DNA of 61,793 nt, counting the filler. It is 7 parts of 7 records of this genome, joined end to end, with 100 filler letters (N's around TTAATTAATTAA, not from the genome) between each part and the next. Parts side by side here need not be neighbours in the genome. Positions count along the whole stretch, not along the records: positions 31,171 to 40,299 come from DRR378314_1830; positions 40,400 to 48,729 come from DRR378314_1831; 5 more parts are not named here. The stretch is one strand, 5' to 3'. The translations under genes were made by a program, and so were the position numbers. Below are positions 31,171 to 43,261 of the stretch, one piece after another. The notes beneath the pieces are model-generated. The model saw nothing but the letters and a program-made list of their open reading frames with translations, made no database searches and was not told where the DNA came from. Each line of letters begins with the position of its first letter. Positions within the stretch are counted from its first letter, which is position 1.

Positions 31171-32529
31171 GGCGCGCCGCGACTTCTTACCGATACGGAA
31201 GCAGAGTACAGCGTCGGTGTTGTGAAGCACCATCTCCTCGACGGTCGTATTGTGCTGCATTTCCGCATCCGCAACACCGTCGATTTCGTTTCGCTTTCCG
31301 ATGTGCGTGTCGAATTGGAACTTCTCGAGTCTTCGTTGCCAATCGTGGACGTCCAGGTCGTTTCCTGCGCTTCCATTGGCTACGACGAAACTGGCGATGT
31401 GCTCTGCGTAGTGACGAGCGACAATGGCGGCGACGAAAGCGCCATCAATCTCTGCTCCTTCTCCGCAGTGCTGCACTTTATGCAGCACGAGCGCGATCCA
31501 GACTCGGGAGATGTCGATCCCGATGGTGTGGAAGACGAGTACCAGATCGAAGACGTTCAGGTAACGAAAACCGCTCGCTCTGCTCCGACATCGACTTGCG
31601 CCGTTCCTTGTCCTCTGACCCGTTTGTCCTTAAAGCACTCGCTTGCTTTATTTGTTTTTTTTCTTGTCACCTGGTATTTTCGCCGATAGAGTGAGCGCTT
31701 GGCAGGAGGATTCCGCTAGAGGTCATGTGCGCTTGGTTGTGTGGACTTGGAATCTCGGCACCTTGTCTCACGATTGTCTATGCGGAAGAGTCCTTGTTGC
31801 TCATGTATAGAAACTTGCTTTTGGATCGTGCATCCTACAAACCCAGGGAGTGTTCGCCTTGTCGTGGCGTTGCTTTTTCCCAGCGTGAGTGTTCGGTTCT
31901 TGTTGTGCTTCGTAGAGCTGGTACCAGAGGTGTTGCTGCGGTTGTATTTCATCGGGAGTAGTTTGGGACTGTATCGCCTCGGACGCTTACACGTTGCTCT
32001 GTAGCGTATTGCGCTTCCCTCGTATGGGTTCTACTAGCGACATGGGAATATAAGTTATACTTATTTCTTGTATTGCCACGTGTGGCGCAATCATGGTCTC
32101 TCTGGGTAGGAATTCGATCTCTGCCGTTTCGCTTATTCGTTTCTCCCTGTTCTCTCTCTCTCTCTCGTGCAGCTCTCTCTGCCGGATTACATCCAGAAGA
32201 TCAATGTCAGCAGTTTCCGATCGACGTGGGAATCCATGGACGACAGCAATGATGCGTCTGATGTATTCGAATTGACTGCGATTCACAGCGTGAAAGAAGC
32301 AGTGATGAAAGTTGTGGATCTTCTTGGAATGCAGGTGTTTGGCGATGGCGAGTCGGTGGCGGAAGATGCGGCAATGCACGTGCTGTACCTGAGCGGACTG
32401 TTCCAAGGCGCCAAGACTCTCGTTCGCGCACAGTTCAAACTGGGGGATGCCGGATACGTTCACATGCGTATTGGCGTGCGGACGGAGAACGCGCTTGTAA
32501 GCCAGTTGGTCATGTCAACGTTTGGTTAA
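31171..32529 (+). CDS. COPG: Coatomer subunit gamma, C-terminal appendage (last two exons)
   Basis: Exons 31171-31560 and 32173-32529, phase-0 GT..AG intron with (CT)n tract; LTDTEAEY.V..VKH, DPDSG...DG.EDEY.IED, LLGMQ, H.LYLSG.F. Confidence 0.88.
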
Positions 32530-35263
32530 ATAATAGCAGTCTGCGGTTCATTGCTTCACCGCTCGCGTGTCAGTGGCCCAGCGCGCTCTGGTGCTCCAAA
32601 CGTGCAACACTGTGTGGACGTGCGGACTTTGGGCATGTTTGCCATTGATCCTTCCCGTGTTGCTTGAAGTACTTTCCCCCGTTTTTTGCGTTTCTTCGTG
32701 CGTGTGTATGTATCTTGAGCACGCGCACGCTATTTTTCCTCGTGTGTTGTCCCCGCCTTGACTCCGCCAAGTTTGCGCGAAGCAAGAGGGTCACCTTTCT
32801 GGAACAAGAGGAAGCTGTCAGCGCGCTGCAAAACCTCCGCGATTTGGTTTCGGCGCACACTGTCGCCATCCTAGTCGTGCGCATGATAAGAATGGTGCTG
32901 CTTCTTCGCCAGCTGCGCAGTGCATCAGTGTGTATCAGCGAGACAATGAGAAATGAATGTGGGAGCGTTATAAGGCGACTTGGCGGCGGAAATGTTGTCG
33001 CATGGTGCGCTATGAACTTGCTTGCATGGCGGGACGGTGACTCCCGGCCCACTGGAATCCTGCCAGATCGCCCTTGTGCGCAATGGCAACGTGCTCGATG
33101 CGCTTGTCCTGTTCGGCTGTGGGAACTGAAACGACGTCAAAGAGTGCACAGCACGTGTTTGGTAATGCGAGCAACCTGCGGTTCTTCTGGTGAACTGATC
33201 GCGCGACGCACGTTTGCAGTGCGTGGTTTTGCCACGTTGGTGCGTTTGCCGAAGGCCAAAACAAATGGTCGCGAGCAGAACCGGCCCCCTTCACTGCGCC
33301 GTGCTCGTTTCCGAGTGCCTGGGAGTCGACACAGGGGCATTGCGTGTATATTTGGCGCTACGTGCGGCCCGCAAGCCGCCGGGACCATTCTGATCATTTC
33401 TCGAATCCTTCTGCATTTTGGAACGCTGCACTGTATAGTCCTTATCCTCTCGCTGGTTTTGACGGAGAATCCGTCGTTGTCCGCACGCTCTTTCCCGGTC
33501 AGATGAGCATATTCAGAAACCAAATGCCACATATTGAGCCACGTTGGCCTTCGAGACACGTCTCGAACAGCACCAGTACCGTACAGGCCGGGAAGTAGCT
33601 GTTGAAGCGCCTCCGTATCGCTGCGACTGCGGCAGTGCGGCGAGGGCGTCGGGTGGGAGAGCAGGAGCCACGGTCTCGACAGGCGAAGAGCTGTCGCTCA
33701 GCGCGGAGGTACTGCGGCAGGCTCGAGAGGACGCGGGAACATGAGAGGGCCGGGTCCGGCGCTCAACTCTTTGCAGAAATGGAATGGATACCTGTTATTG
33801 CGCACAACTCGACTTCTGTAGTCAATAGAGATCGGCTGTGAGAAGTGATGTATTCAGAAAGATACTGCCGGAGTACCGTGCTGTGTACGTGGCAGGGCAA
33901 GGTTCGCGCGAATGGGGTTGCAGCGCGGATCAGCGAGGTGTCGCGCGGGCGTTCTTGTCCTCACCCTACTTGGTAGTGGTGCGATTTCTTTCACGGTAAT
34001 CAGTTTGGTCTATCGCAATGGTCTTGAGAGCAGTACACAGGTGGATACACGTTGGGAACGCGCTTGCACATCACTGAAATTTCCCCTTCCGCATCTGCCT
34101 CGCCTGTCTGTAGAAGCAGTGCAGAGGTACGGCGCGACCTTGTGCGGGAACCGGGCTGCTGCGGTACATCACAAAACGTGCGCACTACGATGCTGAGTAA
34201 CTCCGTCTCCACAATCAGCGAGCTTGGTGGTAGGACATTCTTTCATATTGAGCACTTAGTTCCATCCTCTCCGCGGTTACGAGCAGGTCTGTTGCGCAGC
34301 TCTTTCGCAAGGTGCTGAGGGAGTGACAGCGTCATGGTAGTTGGGGTGGAACTTCTCACCGCGCGCGGGCCTCGATGTCGCTTCTCGATCAGTATAGTGC
34401 GCGAATTCTCTTCTCTTCCCCCAATTATCGCTGTCGTTTCCGCGAATGAGCTCCAAATCGGTAGAATTGGGTGTATTAGATTCCTTTGATGAATAGGATG
34501 CGACCCTGGCGGCTTCTCTGCGAATAGTGATCTGCGTGAGGCTACCTCGCAAGGAAGACCCTCGCGGACCCTGGGCCACTGCAGCAGCTCTGCCCTTGGG
34601 TGCGCGTTGGCCCTGTGCCCTGCCACTGCATCATGATCCTTCCCCTCCCATGCACAGAAGGAAAAAGTTTGCTCTTTCGCATCCCAAATACCAAAGATTT
34701 TGTGGAATTTATTGACAGGCGTAAACCATGGGCCCTATCTGTCAGCTGTATTCTGTTTGTGTGCTGGGTGGTATGGCAACGGGAGGGCGGTGGCCGCGTG
34801 ACCCGCGCGGCCGCCGCGCCGTCGGTGCCTCGCTCTGCGTCTTCCTTGCCCCGGGCCCCGAAGCCCCCGGCAAAGAGCGCAGAACGCGCCACCGAAACTG
34901 CTCACCAATACTCACGCTGCACTATAATTGTATGCCACCACAAGCATTCGCCTTTCCTATTTTTTTCTGCGAGAAAAAAAGCACCACGTCACGGGTGACA
35001 CTCGTACCCTGCTTTTGGTTCTGTGCCCTTGCGTCAGCGCGCCGTCCAATGTCTGCACCGCTCCGCCGCAGGGGCGGGGCCCAGCCCTTGGCCAGAGCGC
35101 TGACGCACGCGTGCGCACGCCGCGCACAGCGCTCTGGCCAGCACGAGCGCTCTGCTTGTACCCTGACGTCCGCCAGACCACAGTCTTCACACGTCGTAAC
35201 TGATGCTCTCATCTCTCGCCCACAACTCATGTCGCTTGTTACACGTAGGGCAAATATCGTATC

Positions 35264-37222
35264 ATGGGCGCAAAAGGTGACAAGACTGAGAAGCGCGTGC
35301 TCGGGCGCGAGGAGTTTCGCGTTCCTTTGCAGGCGCGCTATGTCTTGCTTGCCATCGCTGCGGTCTACGCGGGAGTTGTCCTCAAGGCAGTGCTCGATGG
35401 ACAGTACTCCAAGGCCCTCGACTTTTCGGATGCACAGGGACTCATCTCCATGGATGGAGGAAACCAACGCATGAGGATTGCATTCAAAAAAGTGGCGGGA
35501 ATTCGAAAGGCGCTTGCAGTGGGAGACTATGACAAAGCATTTGCGGAAAGTGAGCTCATCACCTTACCCGCAAGCATTGAAAATGAGGACGAACTTGTGG
35601 TGCTCCACGTTGCTGCCGCACGGATTCTGGCAAAGAAGTTTGCGCTAGCAGCCAACGCTCTCGCTCGCATCCTTCATAAGCGTCTTGTCACTGCAAAAGA
35701 AGAGCTTGTCAAGCTGCAGGATGAAGAAGAGGTATGCTTTACGAAGATATATCCTACGTGCACGGCCTGTTTCTATTCTTGGTTGTTGCCGATGCGATGG
35801 TGTAGACGGCCCATGGAGCTCTGCAGAGCGCGCGCGTTTCTGCTTTGCGCAGTCGCAATATCCAGCTCGTCTCGTCGCTTGTTTCTCACTCATCATGAGT
35901 AGAAAAGGGAGTCCCTTTTCCTTTCTGCAGGTCGGAAAAGAATGCTACGTATTAGTATGATTTAGACTGGGAGTGTCCAGGAGAACAGTCCTGGAGGTGT
36001 CGCCTCTGCGTCTCCAAGTACAAAATGTCGGCGCGGAGGTCGCCTCCCACGCACGCAGATGGCCTTGGCTGTACTTGCGCTGCCTTTCCGCCTGTGAGAG
36101 AGCAGTCTCCGATAGGGGATACTCCCGTATGAGCCCATTGCACGTCACATAAGTAGAAAGAAAATACTGGTATCGGCTTTGCAACGGAGTGGACTTGGAA
36201 AAAAATAGCCGGAGAATGCCCGTGTCGACTACTTCAAGGAGTGGCAGTCTCGCAGAAGCGGGTGTCGTTCTTTATCGGGACTCCGTGGGGCCAGGCGGGA
36301 CATACAGCCAAAACGTAGTGCCTCCGCTCTAGGAATCCTGTCGTGCTGTCCACATGAGATGACTTATACGCGCAAAAACTTCACGCATCCTGCTACCCGA
36401 CTTCCTCAGATCGCTGCTGATGAAGATGAAACGGATATTGAAGAAACTACCGACGGCGGGGAAGTCGAGGAAGTCGTTAGCCCTCTGGAACAAGCGCAAA
36501 ACGACTATCACCAAAGTTTCCTCGGATACACGCTCTTTGCCACTGCAACGTCGGTGCTACTCGTGGGTGAAGGAAAAGCGAAAACAGCCCACAAAATTGC
36601 TGTCAAGTGCGAAAGAGATCTCGGTCAGCTTCCGGACGGCCTTCGGGTGCATCCCTGCTTCGCTGCGCGCTTACTCGCGCTGGTGTCGAAGAACGGGCTG
36701 TCCGAGGCTCTTTCGTCCACGGTCACATCGCTGTCGACGATGCAGTCGAGCGCACTCCAGCCGCTGCTGCAGACGGTTCTCAAGGCCGCCGGACTCAGTG
36801 ACAACCAGGCAGACGTAGCGTCGGACGGTATTGTCAGCAAAGGTCTCTTGCCCACTATTCTTCCGATGCTCCTCACCTACTTGAAAAGGTATATTGCTGA
36901 TTCCTTCCCGACCGTCCGTATCGAAGTCATTGACGCGCTTCCAAGCAGCTCCAAGGTCGTCATTCTCCTGGTTTCGTCGTTCCTGCGTCAGACGGTACAT
37001 AGCTTCGCCCCGGTAATTTTTAGCATCCTTGGCATCAAGACGGAGGTGTCGACGCCATCTCTTTCCTTTGGCGACGCTATCCGTGTCGGAACGCGAACGC
37101 TCGCGCGCATTATCGCCAACAATGCCGAGAAAGTCGGAGTCGACATTGAGCTCGCGGACCTCGAGGAAATGGTGAGCTCACTTACTAAGTCTGCAATCTC
37201 CCTAGCGAGTTCCATCCTCTAA
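35264..37222 (+). CDS. Eukaryotic hypothetical protein, two exons (about 426 aa)
   Basis: Exons 35264-35731 (GTATGC donor) and 36410-37222 (CTTCCTCAG acceptor) join in phase 0; an acidic tract continues across the junction. Confidence 0.65.
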
Positions 37223-37764
37223 AGATACCGAAGAAGATGAGATTGCTTGGGGATGGTGGAGAACTGGTTTTGTTTCGCTCAATCTATCTCGGCGAAACTT
37301 GCCATTCTCTCTCCCCTGACGCTTCGTACTTTGTGGGAGATGGATGGCAGCGCTTGCCGTGACTGGAATCCGTCAAGTGCGCCGTGCTCCATCTTGCACA
37401 AAGGTTTACGTATGTAAATGTATGAAAATCCGATTTTTCGAGCGTATATATTCTACTGGTAGCTCGTTTGCTGTGGATGTGGACAGGGGGTGTCTTTATG
37501 GCCTCTGGGTGGCGCGGGCGCGAGCGGGAGCGCTGCGGCAGCGGGGGGGGGGAAACTCCGACAGCAGCGCGCGCGCGCACTCTAGCGCGAAAGCTGCGTT
37601 GGAACAGGGCGCGTCATTCCCCTTGACGTGTATTCGCTGTCAAATTTGGTGAGCCACACCATCCCATTCGTAGCACAAACGAAAAAATCAGATCCCGTTC
37701 CGGTACTATACATGCTGCTGCGGACGCGCTTGGGAATGCCGTGTTGGTGCTCTGGCGCGGCACC

Positions 37765-40136
37765 CTAGTTGAAGTAGACAAAGTCGCGGCCTTCGGTCCA
37801 GCCCATCGAGAGCACGTTCGCCTCGTATCCGCAGTGCAGTCCACCGCGCTTTACACATGCAACAACCGGTGGAACAGCATCTGTCATTGAACACGTTTGT
37901 ACAGCGAGATTCACCCGTGCATAATGTGAGAACCGGTGCAATACATACGCACTCCCGCGCTCTAACGCTCTCCGAAATCAGCAGCAAACTCGAGAGGAGG
38001 AAAGGGCAGCGGAGACTGCAGAGACGGGCGGGCGCACTCGCATTGGATTTCGAGGCGTTCCTTCCCATGCCAAACCAGTCTCTGGAAACATTTACACTTC
38101 AGCTTGCTTTCTCAAACAAACATGCGGTCAGAGGGGGAAAGAAATTCTCATATGTGCTGGTTTCCCGCGTAGCGATCCCAAGGCGGCACGAATCGCATAC
38201 AAAAACCTACGACGCCATTCCCCGTACCACGAAAATGGACAATTGGTATCGTCCGCGTCTGGCTTTTGTCGCTTTTGTCAATATACGTGTAGTGTCCGCG
38301 ATTGATCATTCGCTCGTCAATGTCGCAAAACTTTGCAATACTGCACGCGACCGACGTCAATATGCCAGAACGAATTGTGAATGAGCTTGGCGCAAACCAC
38401 TCTTCGTCGGTACCGGGCACAAAACTCGTGCCCTCACACATTCGCATCGCGCAGCACGTCCAATTTCTACTCAAAATCTTCAGGTCTGTGCGCGTCTATG
38501 CAGGTCCCACCACGCCCGCCGCGACACGTACCGGCTCTTCCCTCTGCGGCTCAGGGAACGGTAGAGACGACGACCTGTTTTGCCGGCTCCCCACACAGTC
38601 ACATTCGACCAGTCATACAGGTCCATCTGACGAGGGAAAAACGGGCGAACAAAAATAGTGACAATGATGCTGCGTTAAGCAACTTCACACGCAGAGTGAA
38701 TAGCGATTCGGCAAACTATCCCGACGCAGCTCCGTATGACAGTAAGCGCTGTCCGGCTGTGATCCGCGCTGCAGACGTGGTGCTTGGCGTCCGATTACCA
38801 CAAGAGTGGAAACAGACGGAACAGCTACCGCAATGTACTGGCCGTGATTGTGTGTACTTGCATTCTGAAAATAAAATGCAACACGAAACAGAAACTCAGG
38901 TAGAGTCGGGTGGCAACGTACCCAATGTTCCAGGAGAGCAGCACGTTCGCGGTCGATCGCCTCGCTGGGAACGCGGTGCGAAGCACAAGCGCTGTGGTAT
39001 CTCCAGAGACACATCGAAGCGGGTACTAAAGCCAGTTCTCCCTGTGCAAGTACATGCTTATGAAGAAACATGGCATCTTCTGCGGAATGAAGAAATTGGA
39101 ACAGCATGGAAACCGTTCCACTGAGTGAAATGGAAATATTCGCCCGACAAAGTGCAGCGCAGTACAACCGTGCAGTGATGACGCGCAGTGACGACAAGTT
39201 CGTCTTCTCTTCGGACAGCAAGATGACCAGCTGCACACGGTTCGCATGGATAGAACCGAGGTACAGACGGATGCAGGTCTTTGTGTTTACAAAAACACCG
39301 AAAGCGACGCGATTGGGCAAAGAAAAACGCGAACGCGCGGATTCGTACCAGGACAGCCAAGTCCTTCTTCTGCGTAGCCATCAAGCTCTTTCCATCGGGA
39401 ATAGTTCATCACCCAAGTCGGATGAATGATGGTATTTTCACAAAAGAGCTGTAAATACAGTTGTTCAGGCTGTAGATGATTTGCCCATTCAGTTAAACGC
39501 GCAGTAGATTCCTACAAACGAAACAAGTACGGAGAAGTAGCGCAAGGAGAACGCTTAGTGTCGTGCACTGTAACCAAATCTGGCTCATCACGCACAAAGT
39601 ACACGTTTGGTGCAAACGCGTTTCACCTCAGCCGCGCGATTCACACTTTCTGGGTAACAATCAATGCCACATAAGAACACTGAACAATCCGAATTTTGTC
39701 CAGCAGTACGAAGTAGCAAAGTGGCTAGACTGGAAAAAAAACAACCGCCGTTGCGCATGGGCTAAAAGGGGACCCGAGGTCACAGGAACGTGCACGACGC
39801 AGAGCAAACAGCTTCGCTACTCCATCGCGAAACGAGAAAGCATGCTCCTGGAACGAGCAGAATTTCGCCTAATTGTTCTTTCCGCGTGGTACCTCGTTGT
39901 CATATTTCCCACATATACTGAAGATTTGGCTTTGGGATAGGTGAGTTGCGTTTCGTTCTGCGCGTGTGGCGGGGGAGGAGGGGGTGGACAGGCGTTTGCG
40001 CGCCGGACCGCGGTGTCGTGCGTGGTGGCTCGGTGCACCGCTGGCGACGGCGACGCACCGCTGGAATTCTGTCGAATCGCGTCCCCGTGAGTGCGCGAGG
40101 TACACGGCGCAAAATTGCCCTTTGTACGCGAATACG
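37765..40136 (-). CDS. B3GNTL1: B3GNTL1/QTGAL-like GT2 glycosyltransferase, last six exons (5' truncated)
   Basis: Exons 40136-40059, 39511-39349, 39079-38922, 38626-38532, 38340-38228, 37880-37765 join in frame into 240 aa plus stop; motifs T.I.PTW, PED..F, L.RYH, VWGAGKTGRRLYRSL, FCDID, IPIVHFR, PP...CVK, EG.DF..F. Confidence 0.88.
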
Positions 40137-40299
40137 CTGCCGGAACGCCGAGCAAGTGAGCGAAGGAGGGAATGAACGAATGCGAAGAATATCCACCGAG
40201 ATAATCCGACAGCCCGACAAATAAGCGGATTCCACACACAACGCAAAAAAAAAAAAACAAAAAAAACGAAAAGAAACAGCAAATACGAAAACAATTACA

Positions 40300-40399
40300 N
40301 NNNNNNNNNNNNNNNNNNNNNNNNNNNNNNNNNNNNNNNNNNNTTAATTAATTAANNNNNNNNNNNNNNNNNNNNNNNNNNNNNNNNNNNNNNNNNNNN
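40300..40399. other. Artificial contig spacer
   Basis: N-run/TTAATTAATTAA/N-run. Confidence 0.99.
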
Positions 40400-40401
40400 A
40401 A

Positions 40402-43209
40402 GGAGAAATGACTAATAAATTCTTATCTGAAACCACCTACGTAAACATGGTTATTGATGATGGCAAACAACAAAAGCCAACAATTAATGAACCTATTTTA
40501 CTTTCTGGCTGGGGAAATAATTCTTGGAGTTATTCTACTAATTTTTTAAACCAAGATGTTCAAATAAAATTGGTTGATTATATTCCTTGGGCAACACAAA
40601 AATTTATAGAAGACGAAAACGGAGAAGACTATTTATTTGTTGTAGAATCTAGTAGTGGATCTAGACATGAACATTATATAAAAAAAGGAACTGTACAAAA
40701 CATCCATAATGTTTTAGTTGGTTTTGATGCACCAGACACTGCAACAATTAATATTACCTCATCAGAAACTGGATTAAATATCAAAACAGGAGTTGAAGGG
40801 ACGTTTATGAGAATGGCAGATAGATTAGAAGGAACAGTAACTAAAGACTCTGTTCAAGATTTTAAATTAAGATCTTTATATAAAGTAGCAGGATTACCTT
40901 TTGTGGTTCCAAATCCTGTAACTAAAGGAAAAATGACTACTGTTAGAGGTCCTAAAAACGACAAAGACTTAAGTTCTGATATGATCGTTTTAGATGTAAC
41001 TACAAATAATAAAACAGAGAGAGTTGAATTGACAGGTGGAAAGTTTAACTCTAGAAACTCTAAACAATTTAAAGTAGATAATTTAAATTTTAGAATGTTG
41101 TACGGATCAAATACATTAGAAACTCCTTTTCATATTAAGCTAAAAGATTTTCAATTAGAAAAATATCCTGGCTCTGAAAGTGCAGCATCTTATGCAAGTG
41201 AAGTTACTGTAATCTCACCTGAGAAAACTTTTGATTACAGAATATATATGAATCACATTTTAGACTATAAAGGCTATAAATTTTTTCAATCTAGTTATGA
41301 CTTAACTGGAGAAAAGGAAGAAACTCACTTATCTGTAAATCATGATTTTTGGGGTACATTAATCACCTACATTGGGTATTCTTTATTATACTTTGGAATG
41401 ATTTGTATCTTGTTTGCAAAAAACACACGTTTTGACTCTTTAAAAAATACACTAAAAAAGATAAGAAAGAAAAAGGCTGCTTTAACAGTAACTGCTATTT
41501 TGTTTCTTTCCTTAACTGTATCTGCGCAACAACAACATCAACAACATTCAATTACTGATAAGCAAATAGACTCTATATTAAAAGCAAATATTGTAGATGC
41601 AAAACATGCTGAATTATTTAACACTATAGTTATACAGGATGCTGGAGGGAGAATGAAACCAGCTCATACATTTGCTTCTGAATTGGTTAGAAAAGTTACT
41701 CATCAAGAAACTTTTAAAGGGATGAACCCAAGTCAAGTTTTATTATCTATAATAGAAAACCCTAGGTTTTGGATAGAAGTTCCGATGATTTATTTAGAAA
41801 AGAACAATACTAAAATTAGAGAGCAATTAGGGCTAACTAAAGATGCAACTCATGCTAGCTTATCTAAACTACTAACTCCGAAGGGAGAATATTTAATAAG
41901 AGATCAAGTTGCTGAAGCTCAAAAAAACAATGTTAAAAATAAATTTGAAAAAGATTTAATTAATATTGACAAGAGAGTTGGTCTGTTGTATGGTGCAATT
42001 GGTGGACAAATATTTAAAATTTTCCCTATTCCAAATGACCAAAATAACAAATGGGTTTCTCAACTAGAAACCTTACATTCTAACTTCAAGGGAACTGATT
42101 CTGTATTTGTAAGACAAGTATTACCATTTTATAAACAAGTATTACAAAAAGCTAAAACAACTAATGATTATGCACAAGCTGATAAAGTTTTAGAAGGAAT
42201 TAAGAATTTTCAAAAGAAATTTGGAAGTAAAGTTCTACCATCTGAAGATAGAATAAACCTTGAAATTTCTTATAATAAATTAAACCCTTTTAGTAGACTA
42301 TCAAAATTGTATGGAGTTTTTGGAGTGCTATTAATCTTCATTGTTATTGCTCAAATATTTACAGATAAAAAAATCTTGAGCAAGCTTATAAAAAGTTTAA
42401 TTGGAGTAATTATTGTATTGTTTATTCTTCATACTTTAGGTTTAGCTTCAAGATGGTATATAAGTGGTAATGCTCCTTGGAGTAATGCATACGAATCAAT
42501 TATCTATGTTGCTTGGGCTACAATGTTATTTGGTTTAGCGTTTGGAAGAAAATCATCCTTAACAATTGCGGCTACAACATTTTTAACTTCTGTGATATTA
42601 TTATTTGCGCATCAGAACTGGCTAGATCCAGAAATTGCAAATTTACAACCTGTACTTAACTCATGGTGGTTATTAGTTCATGTATCAATTATTGTTGCAA
42701 GTTATGGCCCTTTTTCTTTAGGAATGATTTTAGGTATTTTCACATTATTCTTAATGGCTTTTACAACAGATAAAAACAAAAAGAAGCTTGACTTAGCAAT
42801 TAAAGAGCTAACTGTAATTAACGAAATGTCTATTACCATTGGCTTAATTATGCTAACCATTGGGAACTTTTTAGGAGGAATGTGGGCTAACGAAAGTTGG
42901 GGACGTTACTGGGGTTGGGATCCAAAAGAAACTTGGGCCTTAATTAGCATTATGTTGTACGCATTTGTTTTACACATGCGTTTAATACCTGGCTTAAGAA
43001 GTAGATACACATTTAATTTATGGTCTATAATTACATTTGCATCAATTATGATGACGTATTTTGGAGTAAACTTCTATTTATCTGGATTACATTCTTATGC
43101 AAGTGGAGATAAAGTAATTACACCTAATTCAGTATTCTATTCTATTGGTTTCGTTGCTATTTTAGGAACCTTTGCTTGGATAAAACACAAAAAATACTAC
43201 AAAAAATAA
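40402..43209 (+). CDS. ccsA: System II cytochrome c biogenesis protein, ResB/CcsB-CcsA fusion (5' truncated)
   Basis: WWD motif WANESWGRYWGWDPKETW, L.PVL.S.WL..HV, GLHSYA; ResB-like IYMNH.LDY.GY.FFQSS. Confidence 0.93.
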   Translation, partial: GEMTNKFLSETTYVNMVIDDGKQQKPTINEPILLSGWGNNSWSYSTNFLNQDVQIKLVDYIPWATQKFIEDENGEDYLFVVESSSGSRHEHYIKKGTVQNIHNVLVGFDAPDTATINITSSETGLNIKTGVEGTFMRMADRLEGTVTKDSVQDFKLRSLYKVAGLPFVVPNPVTKGKMTTVRGPKNDKDLSSDMIVLDVTTNNKTERVELTGGKFNSRNSKQFKVDNLNFRMLYGSNTLETPFHIKLKDFQLEKYPGSESAASYASEVTVISPEKTFDYRIYMNHILDYKGYKFFQSSYDLTGEKEETHLSVNHDFWGTLITYIGYSLLYFGMICILFAKNTRFDSLKNTLKKIRKKKAALTVTAILFLSLTVSAQQQHQQHSITDKQIDSILKANIVDAKHAELFNTIVIQDAGGRMKPAHTFASELVRKVTHQETFKGMNPSQVLLSIIENPRFWIEVPMIYLEKNNTKIREQLGLTKDATHASLSKLLTPKGEYLIRDQVAEAQKNNVKNKFEKDLINIDKRVGLLYGAIGGQIFKIFPIPNDQNNKWVSQLETLHSNFKGTDSVFVRQVLPFYKQVLQKAKTTNDYAQADKVLEGIKNFQKKFGSKVLPSEDRINLEISYNKLNPFSRLSKLYGVFGVLLIFIVIAQIFTDKKILSKLIKSLIGVIIVLFILHTLGLASRWYISGNAPWSNAYESIIYVAWATMLFGLAFGRKSSLTIAATTFLTSVILLFAHQNWLDPEIANLQPVLNSWWLLVHVSIIVASYGPFSLGMILGIFTLFLMAFTTDKNKKKLDLAIKELTVINEMSITIGLIMLTIGNFLGGMWANESWGRYWGWDPKETWALISIMLYAFVLHMRLIPGLRSRYTFNLWSIITFASIMMTYFGVNFYLSGLHSYASGDKVITPNSVFYSIGFVAILGTFAWIKHKKYYKK

Positions 43210-43261
43210 AAGGCAAATTTTACAGAAAAATGTACATTTGTCAACTTATAATATATAAAAC

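Noticed and set aside
32530-35263. Overlapping 60-280 aa ORFs on both strands
   Set aside because: No recognisable motifs or coherent exon chain; left unassigned
39890-39957. Candidate extra exon (ATHLSQSQIFSICGKYDNE) inside the QTGAL-like gene
   Set aside because: The flanking exons already join in frame with colinear homology, so it is treated as intronic
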